From IMG/VR virus record IMGVR_UViG_3300009314_000003, positions 32,001-96,000 of that record: a stretch of 64,000 nt of DNA. One strand, given 5' to 3'. The notes under the pieces were generated by a model. That model did not search any database. It was not told the origin of the DNA and saw nothing but the letters and a program-made list of their open reading frames with translations. The DNA comes from a virus. A program made the translations under genes and the position numbers. Of this stretch, positions 8,189 to 18,305 are shown piece after piece. Every line of letters begins with the position of its first letter. Within the stretch, counting starts at the first letter, position 1.

Positions 8189-9943
8189 ATGGCAGCAATA
8201 AAAGAGAGAAGATATTTCTGGCAGGTGTGGCGGCCCAGGGAAGTTAGTGTGGTAGAAAGAATACACCAGATTGAGGAAGATAATGTCAGTGCTCATACAC
8301 AACTTACCGATACTCCCACACCCAAGGGGAGATCTGTAAGCATAAGCAGTGTTCTGCAGAAGTTACGTTCCACAGTACTAAGGGCGGCAGGGTTTGCTAC
8401 CAGGGGATCTTTTGAGGCAAGCGAGTGGGATCTTGTACAGGTACAGAATGCTGTTCAGACAGAATCCATACTTCGTAGGGCCATTGAGAAATATGTGGAG
8501 CAGATATGGAAGAATGGCTTCGAGTTCGTAGGTCAAAATCCCAAGACTACAAAGTATATCCGTAGGCGTTTTGAACAAATTGCTCAGGTAACAGGCAAGA
8601 CAACTATGGAGCTTTTTCAGGAGATAAGTTATTCCCTCGTGGTATATGCAAACGCCTTCGTCATTAAACAACGTAACATGAAAGCCTCCGGAGGTCGAAA
8701 GAGGGTAACCTTTGACAATAAACTTCGTGTCCCTGTTGCTGGTTATCGTGTGGTCGATCCCACTTCTATGTGGTTTGATGGGGATCGTTTTGGTAATGTA
8801 TATCGTTGGAAGCAAGTAATAGCGGGTATGGAGCAATCCTCCTTCTTTCATGTCTCCAAGGAGACAGCTAAGGAGTGGCCCCCTTATAATGTTATTCATT
8901 TCCAGGATCGTACGGCTACTCCCAGTAAATATTTCTTTGCTATGCCCATGGCTGTACCAGTGATACCCGATATCAAAGCCCTTCGTGAGACGGAGGAGCT
9001 AAGTCTTTTGCAGGCTATTAAATTTGCTATTCCCCGTTACCATGGCAAGGTCGGGGAAAAGGACAAACCCGGTACCCAACCTGAGCTTGATGCGCTTGCT
9101 GATCTGATTGATACTCTCCCCCATGACGCTGTTCTTGTCACCTCCAGCAGGGCTGAGATAGCTAATATATCCCGGAATGATAGTGTACTCGAGCTGGAGC
9201 CTTATTTGGAATATTGGCGCCAGCGTATTCTAACGGGCCTGGGTATGAGTGATGTTGGTATGGGGAGAGGCGAAAGTTCATCGAAAGCAACTGCACAGGT
9301 TCTATCGGCGGAGATGCAGTACACCACAGTCAAATTTCAGCAGATCATCAAGAAAACTATTGAAGAGGAAATGATTAAGGAGCTTCTCTTCGAGGCCGGT
9401 TACACACCCGAGACTCTAGGAATTGAGGACATGGTGCGGCTGCATGTACCGGAAATTGATCTGGAGGAGAAGATTAGGCGCGAAGCTCATTCCCTAAATC
9501 TTTATCTGACTAATGGTATCACCCAGGATGAGCTGCGTAAGGAGCTGGGCCGGGATATTGTATCGGAAGAGGAACAGAAGCTTATGTATTTACACCTGGT
9601 GCAAATACCATTGGCCCAGGCAAAGGCTAACCTCCTATCCCCCGGGGAAAATAGCGCTAGCAACAAAGCTCAGCCGGAAAATCAGTATGGTAAGAGTTTG
9701 GTCAAGCCGCGAATTACTAAGGAGGAGTATATGAGCCTTTGGGAGGATGTTGCTCAGTATGAGGAGGAGAAAGCCATTATTCATACCATTACTACCTCAC
9801 CCATACTTAATGATTATACAGAAATGCGAGATCATTTGGTAACCCATCTACGTGAGGCTTTAAGGCATAATGGTATTATGCCCTCCCATGTTGTGAATTT
9901 AGTATTTCAAACCCTAGAACCTCACCTAACCGAAGAGTATTAG
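8189..9943 (+). CDS. Portal protein
   Basis: Lies between terminase and protease. Portal-like motifs SLVVYANAFV, VVDPTSM, NVIHF and NGITQDELRKELG. Confidence 0.88.
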   Translation: MAAIKERRYFWQVWRPREVSVVERIHQIEEDNVSAHTQLTDTPTPKGRSVSISSVLQKLRSTVLRAAGFATRGSFEASEWDLVQVQNAVQTESILRRAIEKYVEQIWKNGFEFVGQNPKTTKYIRRRFEQIAQVTGKTTMELFQEISYSLVVYANAFVIKQRNMKASGGRKRVTFDNKLRVPVAGYRVVDPTSMWFDGDRFGNVYRWKQVIAGMEQSSFFHVSKETAKEWPPYNVIHFQDRTATPSKYFFAMPMAVPVIPDIKALRETEELSLLQAIKFAIPRYHGKVGEKDKPGTQPELDALADLIDTLPHDAVLVTSSRAEIANISRNDSVLELEPYLEYWRQRILTGLGMSDVGMGRGESSSKATAQVLSAEMQYTTVKFQQIIKKTIEEEMIKELLFEAGYTPETLGIEDMVRLHVPEIDLEEKIRREAHSLNLYLTNGITQDELRKELGRDIVSEEEQKLMYLHLVQIPLAQAKANLLSPGENSASNKAQPENQYGKSLVKPRITKEEYMSLWEDVAQYEEEKAIIHTITTSPILNDYTEMRDHLVTHLREALRHNGIMPSHVVNLVFQTLEPHLTEEY

Positions 9944-9945
9944 AA

Positions 9946-10314
9946 ATGATTGAAGAGAAGAAAGAATTTATAGAGTTCAAATGCCCGCCGAGTTGTGGTC
10001 GTATGCTCTGCCGGTATATTGAGAAACCAAGTAATGAACCGTACGCCTTTGAAATTAAATGCCATCACCACGGCTGTAATGCGCTCAATTACCGTGGTAA
10101 TGTTATTGTAACTGACAGTATGGAAGAGTTTCGTTGCTATGCCATTGACAAGAAGAAGAGCGTTCATTGGGGCGCCGAAACTGTTTGTAACAAGCTTCTG
10201 GCTAGGATATTACCTGGCACAGAGCTGGAAATTAGATGTCCTCGTTGCGGAGCGATTGTAAATAGTAATGAGGCAGACATCAAAACACCCGAGAGTGTTG
10301 AGGCAGAGAAATAA
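9946..10314 (+). CDS. Tandem Mu Com-like zinc-ribbon protein
   Basis: FKCPPSCGRMLCR...FEIKCHHHGCNALN and EFRC...CNKLLAR...LEIRCPRCGAIVN. Confidence 0.7.
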   Translation: MIEEKKEFIEFKCPPSCGRMLCRYIEKPSNEPYAFEIKCHHHGCNALNYRGNVIVTDSMEEFRCYAIDKKKSVHWGAETVCNKLLARILPGTELEIRCPRCGAIVNSNEADIKTPESVEAEK

Positions 10315-10327
10315 TACAGGTATATAA

Positions 10328-12109
10328 ATGAACAACAAATTACTTATCGATACTATTGAGGTTGATGCTAAAAAAGCTAATAAGGATTATGTATTCACCA
10401 CCATTCCCAAGGCGGCCTTACTTACAACTATTGATGCTACACACTCAGGATATGTTAATAGTAACTTCTATTACTATGATCCTGATTCTATGAAGGAATC
10501 CTACCATACATGGACAACTCCCTACAAGAAGCCAATCCTACGACATCATAATTTAGGCGGTGGTTTATTTTCTTCGGCCGAGGATCCTATGGGCCGTGTA
10601 CAAGATGCTCGCTTCCTAAAGGATGCCCGTGGTGGGTTCATTCAACTTGATGCTCGCATCACAGATGAAGATGCTAAGGCTAAAATAATGGATAGCCGTT
10701 ATGAAACCGTCTCTACGGCGGGTAAGCCTGTAGACTTTGTGGAATGCTCTGTTTGTGGCGTGAATATGCTTAAGGGTGGAAAGTTCTGTGGCCACAACAG
10801 GGGTCAGGTATATGAGGATGAGGAATCCGCTGAGAAAAAGCTTGCTTATTGGAAGATTGGTCCGATGCAGTATAAGGAGATGTCATTTGTTAATGCGCCG
10901 GCAGATCAATCTGATACACACGCGGCCCGGGTAGTGAGTTGGCAATTTGCTGACTCTGAGCAACCAGCCCCAGCTCAACAGGACCAGGTTCGGCACACAG
11001 GTATTTGGGTGTTTGATACCCAGGTTGTTTTACCTGATTCAGGTATAATTACTCTCTTTCGGGAGAAGCCAGATGAGGATATGATCGTTAATAAATCCCT
11101 CTGGGAAGCAATCGAGGGAGATATATCACGTTATGCTGAGCTTGGTGGTTTGGTATTAAGGCCCGACAGTGTTGTGACCCCGATCTCCACTACTGTCCCC
11201 GAGGGGGCCAATCTGGCCCAGGAAGAACATTTTGCCCAGGAGGGGCAAGATGATGATGATGATGAAGAGTGGACAGAAGACGATCTTAAGGTCCTTGACT
11301 GGTTAATGGACGAATTGGAGAAGCTGGAAGATGAAGCCCTATCCAAATCTCGTAAGCTAACAAACAAAGTTGGACAGAAGGGTAAAGTGGCTCATAATCA
11401 TGTTGTCCGTCTTAATGAGGTAGGCAATGGTCGCACAGATTGGGTTCTGAGCCATTCCCATGATGTTGTGAACAGTAAAATATCTGATGCAGTAAGCAGA
11501 GGTGAAGAAAAGGCACATAACCACAGTATTACCGAGGATCTGAAGGTTCCTAAGAAGAAATGCCCGTGGGAACTATACGAACGATATACCACAGACTTCC
11601 CCAACATTAAGGGGGCCAGGAAGCACCGTCACGTTGTTGACCTCAACGAAGCGGAAAACGGAGACACTGAATATGTTGTCGCCCATAACCATGAAGTCGT
11701 TGGCAACCGCATCCTACCTTCCACAGCCGATGGTGATACAAAGGCCCACACTCATAAGTTGGGTGATCTTCTGACCGAGGATCAGTGGTTAGATGAGGAG
11801 ACATGGGATATTGTGACAGAGGCTAAAGATAAACTCTCTGAAAAGACTAAGAAGTCCGCTAGTAAGGCAGGAAAGAAATTTTGTGGCCCTCAGGATCCGA
11901 GGAAAGGTCGTAAAAGCTTCCCGGCTTATAGATGCCAAAATGTGCGCAGCGGATTACAGCTTTTGGCTAAGTACAAAGGGCCTGGTTCCAAGGCAAAAAT
12001 ACGTAAGTGTTTATTATCTCAGAACAAGAAGCTGAAGTGTGGTATTACCACTAAAGACCTAGAGGTCTATGATCTTCTAGCTCTAGTTGAAACCCTCATA
12101 AGCGGGTAA
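10328..12109 (+). CDS. Prohead maturation protease with zinc-ribbon insert and His-rich C-terminal extension
   Basis: KPILRHH, MGRV, RYETVST, CSVCG..FCGH, EMSFVNAPAD; position after the portal. Confidence 0.8.
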   Translation: MNNKLLIDTIEVDAKKANKDYVFTTIPKAALLTTIDATHSGYVNSNFYYYDPDSMKESYHTWTTPYKKPILRHHNLGGGLFSSAEDPMGRVQDARFLKDARGGFIQLDARITDEDAKAKIMDSRYETVSTAGKPVDFVECSVCGVNMLKGGKFCGHNRGQVYEDEESAEKKLAYWKIGPMQYKEMSFVNAPADQSDTHAARVVSWQFADSEQPAPAQQDQVRHTGIWVFDTQVVLPDSGIITLFREKPDEDMIVNKSLWEAIEGDISRYAELGGLVLRPDSVVTPISTTVPEGANLAQEEHFAQEGQDDDDDEEWTEDDLKVLDWLMDELEKLEDEALSKSRKLTNKVGQKGKVAHNHVVRLNEVGNGRTDWVLSHSHDVVNSKISDAVSRGEEKAHNHSITEDLKVPKKKCPWELYERYTTDFPNIKGARKHRHVVDLNEAENGDTEYVVAHNHEVVGNRILPSTADGDTKAHTHKLGDLLTEDQWLDEETWDIVTEAKDKLSEKTKKSASKAGKKFCGPQDPRKGRKSFPAYRCQNVRSGLQLLAKYKGPGSKAKIRKCLLSQNKKLKCGITTKDLEVYDLLALVETLISG

Positions 12110-12278
12110 GCAGTACAGCAGAATTAACCTATCCACACACATACACATACTAAAGATGAATTATAATGGTACAGAATGATTATAGTACGTACCAAATAAG
12201 GGCCGTTGAGTCTATTCAAACAGACTTGAAATAGTTACTTCCTTCTCAGGGCTTGTTTAAAGGCCCGTAAGAATTGGA

Positions 12279-12290
12279 GTGACATAACTA
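12279..12290 (+). promoter_or_regulatory. Candidate phage promoter motif GTGACATAACTA (copy 1)
   Basis: GACATAACTA recurs in intergenic DNA at 12281, 21939 and 30262. Confidence 0.5.
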
Positions 12291-12494
12291 TATATAGCAG
12301 GACAACTGCATAAAATGATGATAAATGATAACTATCCATCAATAAGTAGTAACACGTTACAGAGCCTCACAGAGATACTCTATCATATTCCCCTAGACAA
12401 ACTCGACCGAATTAAGAAGGTGGTCGCATATAGCGGCTACTCTGAGGAAGTGGTAGATATATTTCTGCAGGCACTGACTCAAATAGGAGACAAA

Positions 12495-13022
12495 ATGTCC
12501 ATGACTATGAACCTTGAGGAAATTCTGGCCTTGGATGAGGTTCAGGAGCACCTTAGACAGAAGGTTGACGAGGCTGTACAAAACAGTGAGATAACTCATC
12601 GAGAAGAGTCGGCTGATATAAAGGCCGGGTTTGAGAATGAGTTGCAAGTACTCAGGGATGAGAAGAATACTTCCGCCCAGGAGTACCATGCGCTTGTTGT
12701 GGACAGTATCGTCTTCCTATCAACCATACTACGTAAAGACGTCATTGATTTTAATGATGAAGCAGGATCCCAGGAGAAATATCGGGAAGAGCTATCAAGT
12801 AGTTCCGAAGAGGAATTGAAAGAGACACTCTCCGAACTCCAGGGCGAGTACATTGCTTCGTTTAGCAATGTTCCGGCCGAATCTCTTGACGGCGAAGTCG
12901 TTACAGAGAGCGGTCAGAGAAACCCCTCCGAGGGTTCTGATGGAGATGAGAAGGCAGTGACAATATCATCACTTGGTGATGTTCTCAAAGTAGCCTTCAA
13001 ATCCATTGGAAAGAATAATTAA
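12495..13022 (+). CDS. Putative capsid scaffolding protein (acidic, coiled-coil)
   Basis: Part of ORF 12315..13022. The ATG at 12495 is preferred because TAGGAG precedes it. Lies between protease and capsid genes. Confidence 0.6.
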   Translation: MSMTMNLEEILALDEVQEHLRQKVDEAVQNSEITHREESADIKAGFENELQVLRDEKNTSAQEYHALVVDSIVFLSTILRKDVIDFNDEAGSQEKYREELSSSSEEELKETLSELQGEYIASFSNVPAESLDGEVVTESGQRNPSEGSDGDEKAVTISSLGDVLKVAFKSIGKNN

Positions 13023-13045
13023 GTAAATGGAGTTGCTATACTAAA

Positions 13046-14191
13046 ATGGCTAAACTCACATTCTCTGCACAGAGCGGACGTAAGAGACCTATTAAGCCTG
13101 TCTCCAGTAAGTATCTGGAATCCAAAATCAGGCCTAATATTGAGGTCTCCGATGGTATCCGCCCGGCTCTTCCTCTCATACCTCTACGGTATCTTCCTGT
13201 AAAGTTCCAGGATGTTACCACGGAGCAGTGGGTGGTAATTCCAAAGGGCCGGATCGTATCAGCTGTTATGGCAACTAATTCAATTAATGAACCATCCAGC
13301 GAACATCTAGAGATAGGTCATGCCTCTGGTGATATCCAGACTGGCTATGCCTCTGAACTTGACGGTTCAACTGCACTATCTCTTGGGGCAGATACAAGTT
13401 ACTATGGCATCAGCCGTAATATCCTGGGCCTTATGGTCCCAGCTAACGGTGGTGCTGTATTCGAAGTAACTTATGATGCTGATGATGTCAGCGCTAATGT
13501 ACCTTCCGTGGTAAATACTGGCTCACCTGTGGCAGCGGCTGAGGGATATACCCTTCCAGCAAATATGCCCATTGGTATTGCTATGTATGATGTTTACCAG
13601 GATATTCGTGGTGCTCATTTGAATTACGAGCTGTGGAAAAACTATGGCGTCCTCGCAGAACACGTCATCAAGCTTCCATTTGTTGATGTATATGAACTCG
13701 AGGCCCTTTCTGAGGTATCAGCAAATAGTTTCACAAATCTTTCGGGTGCTAATGATGCACCGTTAGCTATTGCTGAAGCTGCTGGTGGTTATGAAGCGGT
13801 TGAGAAATACTACTCCTTCCTAACCTTTAATACCTCGCAAACAGGTCATGGCCTGGCAGGTTCCCTTGTGAAGTCCGATGTCTTCGGTAACTTTGCTATG
13901 CAAGGGGCCAGTTTGGCTGAAAGCCGTAACACACAGACTGTAGGTCGCTTGATTGGTATTGATACACGCCATCCCAAGGATCTCCTTGAGACGGTTGACA
14001 CATACTGGGACCAGTTCCAGACCGGTACCAAAACAGCCGGCGTACCTGAGAACCTGTATGACTTCGCTGATAAAATCTTCACGGGTTGTGGCATTACTTG
14101 GCCCTCCGATAAGGATAAGGCAATCTATATTCGAGATGCAATCCAGGCGGGTGCCATAGGTTATGCCCATATACAGATATCTCTGCGTTAG
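13046..14191 (+). CDS. Head structural protein (decoration or cement-like)
   Basis: 381-aa Gly/Ala/Ser-rich ORF directly before the major capsid gene; GGAG upstream. Confidence 0.65.
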   Translation: MAKLTFSAQSGRKRPIKPVSSKYLESKIRPNIEVSDGIRPALPLIPLRYLPVKFQDVTTEQWVVIPKGRIVSAVMATNSINEPSSEHLEIGHASGDIQTGYASELDGSTALSLGADTSYYGISRNILGLMVPANGGAVFEVTYDADDVSANVPSVVNTGSPVAAAEGYTLPANMPIGIAMYDVYQDIRGAHLNYELWKNYGVLAEHVIKLPFVDVYELEALSEVSANSFTNLSGANDAPLAIAEAAGGYEAVEKYYSFLTFNTSQTGHGLAGSLVKSDVFGNFAMQGASLAESRNTQTVGRLIGIDTRHPKDLLETVDTYWDQFQTGTKTAGVPENLYDFADKIFTGCGITWPSDKDKAIYIRDAIQAGAIGYAHIQISLR

Positions 14192-14215
14192 TAATAGATA
14201 CAATAAGACTACCAA

Positions 14216-14247
14216 GGCTCCGGTTCTTAACAGGACCGGAGACCTTC
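14216..14247 (+). terminator. Stem-loop after the head protein gene (possible terminator or processing site)
   Basis: CTCCGGTTCT-loop-GGACCGGAG followed by a pyrimidine-rich tract. Confidence 0.45.
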
Positions 14248-14314
14248 TGTCTCCCCAGGTCCTTAGAGGCCAAATCATTTGCACGCTTAATATCTGAGGA
14301 GTGCAATAAATAAT

Positions 14315-15658
14315 ATGAAGATACTAAGTACAAACCGTACTGGCGAACAGATCCTTAATGATCTTGTCTACAATGTCTTCACGAATAATGGCGTGGTTGG
14401 TCTTCCAAAAGAGGATAAAACCATTGTCCAGCTCGGTTTTAATGATCTCTTTTCCATCCCTGAGGAGTTAAAGAGTATTCCGGAGATTGCTGACACGGTT
14501 ACTAGTAAGGACCTAACAAGGTTCATTGAAACCTCAATTTCCCGTGTAGTTAGAGATGCTATTGAGCCTGAGCTCGTTGTTGTGCCAAATCTGTTTACCG
14601 ATATTCGGTATGAAGGACCTGGGCGACAGGTTGAGATTGGCTCACTAGGTGCGTTTCATGCGGCTGAGGTTCCAGAAGGCGGGGAATATGAAGAGGTTGA
14701 ATTTAACTTTGGTGAGGGTCACATGATCCAGGTAGGTATCTCCAAGCATGGCTTGAAGATGCGTGTTACTGAAGAAGTTATAGAAGACAATCTCTTTGAT
14801 GTTTTCGGTCTCTGGCTTCGTATGGCTGGCCGAGCTCTTGCAAGACATAAGGAGGAATATGGTATCAAACTCGTAAATGATATGGGTATTGATGTATTTG
14901 ATAATTCCTCTCCATCCACAGCGGATATAGGTTCTTGTTCCGGCCGCGGTATAGATGGCGCACAGAATGGCTCCATGACGGTAGATGATATTTTTGAGAT
15001 GTATGCCTATCTCTATCTACGAGGTTTTGCGCCTGACACCTTATTGATGAATCCATTATCCTGGAAGGTCTTTATGACGGATCCAGAAACTCGTGAGATC
15101 ATTTTTAAAGGTGCTACACTGGCAACCAACAGACTCCCTGGCGGAAGCTATTCCAAAGCATTTGGAACCGGCTTTGCCGGTCTGGGTGCTCGGACAACTG
15201 CCACGGGCCGTGGATTCGACAGCTCAACGGGTGGTGACGATAATCGTGTAGCTGGTAACAATCCATTTGTAACGTCCCTTAATCCTTTAGGGGCCACATT
15301 TCAGATTGCTCCAAGCTATCTCCCGTCACCTCTTAGGGTGATTGTATCGCCACACGTAACATATAAGACAGCTACTGTAGGCTCTGCAACTAAACATGTA
15401 GCCGATATCATTATGGCTGACAGTTCACGCTGCGGTCTTTTACTCAGTAAGGAAGAACCTTCCATTGATGAGTGGAACGATCCGGAACGCGATATTCGGG
15501 CTATGAAGATAAAGGAACGTTGGGGTATGGGTCTGTTTGAACAGGGTAAGGGTATTGCCGTTGCTCGCGATGTTGTTATTGAGAAGAACTATGTCTTTGA
15601 CAATGTTAATCAACAGGTGTTATCAGCCCTTAACCATAGCTCAGCTATTGTAGACTAG
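14315..15658 (+). CDS. Major capsid protein
   Basis: 447 aa; HK97-fold-type motifs AAEVPEGGEY, KHGLKMRVTEEVIEDN, MAGRALARHKE, PDTLLMNP and MKIKERWG; GAGGAG RBS. Confidence 0.9.
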   Translation: MKILSTNRTGEQILNDLVYNVFTNNGVVGLPKEDKTIVQLGFNDLFSIPEELKSIPEIADTVTSKDLTRFIETSISRVVRDAIEPELVVVPNLFTDIRYEGPGRQVEIGSLGAFHAAEVPEGGEYEEVEFNFGEGHMIQVGISKHGLKMRVTEEVIEDNLFDVFGLWLRMAGRALARHKEEYGIKLVNDMGIDVFDNSSPSTADIGSCSGRGIDGAQNGSMTVDDIFEMYAYLYLRGFAPDTLLMNPLSWKVFMTDPETREIIFKGATLATNRLPGGSYSKAFGTGFAGLGARTTATGRGFDSSTGGDDNRVAGNNPFVTSLNPLGATFQIAPSYLPSPLRVIVSPHVTYKTATVGSATKHVADIIMADSSRCGLLLSKEEPSIDEWNDPERDIRAMKIKERWGMGLFEQGKGIAVARDVVIEKNYVFDNVNQQVLSALNHSSAIVD

Positions 15659-15675
15659 TACAGATAGCACATTAG

Positions 15676-15744
15676 CATATATACACACAATCAGATAGTG
15701 GTGGGGCAATAACCCCGCCGCTATCATCTGTGTATATGTATATG
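15676..15744 (+). terminator. Long inverted repeat after the major capsid gene
   Basis: GATAGTGGTGGGG / CCCCGCCGCTATC stem, with outer CATATATAC..CACA / TGTG..TATGTATATG pairing; no clear U-tract. Confidence 0.55.
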
Positions 15745-15774
15745 GACTAAAACAGTGGAGGAATCAATACCTAT

Positions 15775-16455
15775 ATGAGTACTGACAAAGAACAAAAGAA
15801 TACCACCAAAAAGGAATTTAGTAAGAAATACGTTATTCTAACCAATCAGATGATGTGGCAGGATCCAACAACTAAGTTTCAGTTGAATTGGTTTAATCCC
15901 GAGGAGGAGGAGTCCTGGTGGGCCAGGACTGAGGATATTCCTGGTGAGGCTGTGGATATAGTTAAGAAGGCCATTGGTATGGGGATATTAAAGGTAGCGA
16001 ATAGTTATAAGAAGTGGGCTGATAAGAACAAGGTAGCGGGATCTAAAGGACGCCGAAAGGATAAACTTGTTTGGACCGAGTTGGATAAGGATGATGTTAA
16101 GGCAAATAAACGGACTCCAAGGAATCCTAGCATTGCTAAAGGTACATTAACTTATGGAGACCAAAACTCAAAGGCCTATCAGATATTGCAGAAGACAGTT
16201 ATAGAACTTACAAAGGAGCTACCTAAAATAACTGCCTCTATGTCAAAGGAGAATGCAGAAGCTTTTCTTCGTGAAGCTATGGACATTGAAAAGCACGGGT
16301 ACAACCGCGTATTACATCCCCGTGACAGTGTACTCGATACAATCAAACAAATTCTGGTGAGTATGGGCCTTTCCTCCGGCATTACTCGGGTGGTGCAGGA
16401 GAGGGATGATGAACCCATTACCAGGGATAGCAAACCCGTAAGGTTTGCTCTTTAA
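15775..16455 (+). CDS. Hypothetical protein (head completion region)
   Basis: 226-aa ORF with GGAGG RBS. Confidence 0.7.
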   Translation: MSTDKEQKNTTKKEFSKKYVILTNQMMWQDPTTKFQLNWFNPEEEESWWARTEDIPGEAVDIVKKAIGMGILKVANSYKKWADKNKVAGSKGRRKDKLVWTELDKDDVKANKRTPRNPSIAKGTLTYGDQNSKAYQILQKTVIELTKELPKITASMSKENAEAFLREAMDIEKHGYNRVLHPRDSVLDTIKQILVSMGLSSGITRVVQERDDEPITRDSKPVRFAL

Positions 16456-16465
16456 GACTGTGTAA

Positions 16466-17821
16466 ATGACCACCTTTGATGTTACGTCAATATCTCCATC
16501 ATTTAATGCCACTGATGTATTACTTGATACAACAGTGGAAGCCACATTCAATGCGGCTGTACTTGCCTCCAGCGTAACTTCCCTCAGCTTCAGTTTTGTA
16601 AAAGCCAACACCCTAACACCTATTGAGGGCACGGTTACTTTAGTTGGCAACAATACAGTACGCTATACTCCCAACGATAATTTAGCAGGCAATACACGCT
16701 ATACAGCTATCGTTATGGGTGGGCCACATGGAATTATCTCAGCCGGGCAGCAAGAACTTATATCTCCTACCATCTCATGGAGCTTTACAACCGGCTTATA
16801 TGAGGATAGTGAGGATCAAGAGGATTCCATTCCATTCGGTGTTGACCCAACAACCCAACCTACGGGAGATGAACTCTATATAGTTTCTTCAGAGCCGCTC
16901 GATGATAGTATAGGTGTTCTCTCTCCGAGTTTGAGAATAGCACTCACAGGACCTGTTCCTTCCGATACAGCCGCCTCTATTAAGGCTTATCATCCCCTTG
17001 GATATCCAATGGGTGATAGTTATTGGCAGAAGTATTCTCAGTCTGTTGTAAGTGGGGATTATATTATTATTACCTCATCCGGCGATTTGTCTGAGGATGT
17101 GGCTATTAGATTAGTGCTTTATGATGATGAAACCGAGATAGAGGAAAGTTCTATTGTGGTAGCTAGTTCTGGGGCTATATCAGATGGTATGATACCGTGT
17201 ACCTTTGTTACCGACCCAAATTTTACTTATGAGGTGGATGTTTTCATTCCTACCAACAGATTTACTCCCGAGGTATCCTTTCTTTCAGAAATGGTACCCC
17301 AATACGCCCCGGTAGAGGAATTACGTCTGGCTATGGGACCTGCAACGGGTAAGTTTAATGACTATACCTTATCAGTTTTACTCTATAAGATTAGTCGAAT
17401 AGCAAAGGATATATGGACCGGTAATAACCATACCTGGCCCAGTACGGTCCCCTACTATGCTAAGGAATATGTTCTTGCCAGGGCCCAGCGTGATTTGGTA
17501 CAGATTATTCTTCGTGACCCCGGAGGTTCCGGAGGAGCTTCAAAAGCTCTAGGGGATATTCGTATACAAACCAGAACTGATTCAGATACCTTAGCAGAAG
17601 ATCTGCGGCAGTTGGATCTTCTTACAAACATCCTTGCTGGTAAATTAGCCAGGGGAGACATAGGCACCAGGCCAATATCTGGTCCTGTTTGGGCAGAAGC
17701 GAGTAAAGGCGGCAGTTATGGTACAATAGGAAGATACTCTGAGGACTATGGGCCAGAGGACCTATACTCTAGGAGCGGCAGCAACAATTTTAGTCGTGGA
17801 ATCAAAGAGCAGAAGAGATAA
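16466..17821 (+). CDS. Ig-like-domain neck or head-tail adaptor protein
   Basis: N-terminal bacterial Ig-like pattern (VTSISPS..ATDV..VEATFN..YTPNDNL..NTRYT..WSFTT); helical C-terminus with adaptor-like KALGDIRI. Confidence 0.65.
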   Translation: MTTFDVTSISPSFNATDVLLDTTVEATFNAAVLASSVTSLSFSFVKANTLTPIEGTVTLVGNNTVRYTPNDNLAGNTRYTAIVMGGPHGIISAGQQELISPTISWSFTTGLYEDSEDQEDSIPFGVDPTTQPTGDELYIVSSEPLDDSIGVLSPSLRIALTGPVPSDTAASIKAYHPLGYPMGDSYWQKYSQSVVSGDYIIITSSGDLSEDVAIRLVLYDDETEIEESSIVVASSGAISDGMIPCTFVTDPNFTYEVDVFIPTNRFTPEVSFLSEMVPQYAPVEELRLAMGPATGKFNDYTLSVLLYKISRIAKDIWTGNNHTWPSTVPYYAKEYVLARAQRDLVQIILRDPGGSGGASKALGDIRIQTRTDSDTLAEDLRQLDLLTNILAGKLARGDIGTRPISGPVWAEASKGGSYGTIGRYSEDYGPEDLYSRSGSNNFSRGIKEQKR

Positions 17822-17826
17822 TATAC

Positions 17827-18300
17827 ATGAGTAGCTCACAAATATTTGGAGGGGAGTCTTCCCTATCTGATAGTATAGGAAGAGACTTTGACGTGTTTCT
17901 GGAGGACTTTGGTCATTGGGTTATTTACCGCCGGTATGACCTAACCAGGAAATCTACTTACGTAGATGAAACTACTGGTGAGGGTGTAAGTGGCCCACGC
18001 TGGACTTATGTGGATGAACCAATCAAAATTAGACACGACTCGGCCAGTGTACGCGCTATTGCCGGGCTTATAGAAGATGAAAGTAAAATATATTGTGGTG
18101 CTGAGGTACGACCAAAGAGAGGTGATGTAGTAATAGAGATCGATTATGATGGTGACAGTAATAAGCTTACTCCTGGTGTAGTAATGTCTTACCCCCACCG
18201 GGAGGCATATCGTATTGATGAGCTTGACACCAAACGTGGTATTGGGGGCCATGTGGTCTATTATCGCCTCATTGTGAAGCCGGAGTTGAAGGATTACTAA
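17827..18300 (+). CDS. Putative head closure (stopper) protein
   Basis: 157 aa, beta-rich, VRPKRGDVVIE; synteny. Confidence 0.55.
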   Translation: MSSSQIFGGESSLSDSIGRDFDVFLEDFGHWVIYRRYDLTRKSTYVDETTGEGVSGPRWTYVDEPIKIRHDSASVRAIAGLIEDESKIYCGAEVRPKRGDVVIEIDYDGDSNKLTPGVVMSYPHREAYRIDELDTKRGIGGHVVYYRLIVKPELKDY

Positions 18301-18305
18301 AACAT

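Noticed and set aside
12315-12494. N-terminal 60 aa of the scaffold ORF as given in the track
   Set aside because: The ATG at 12495 has a better SD. The longer start is not excluded.
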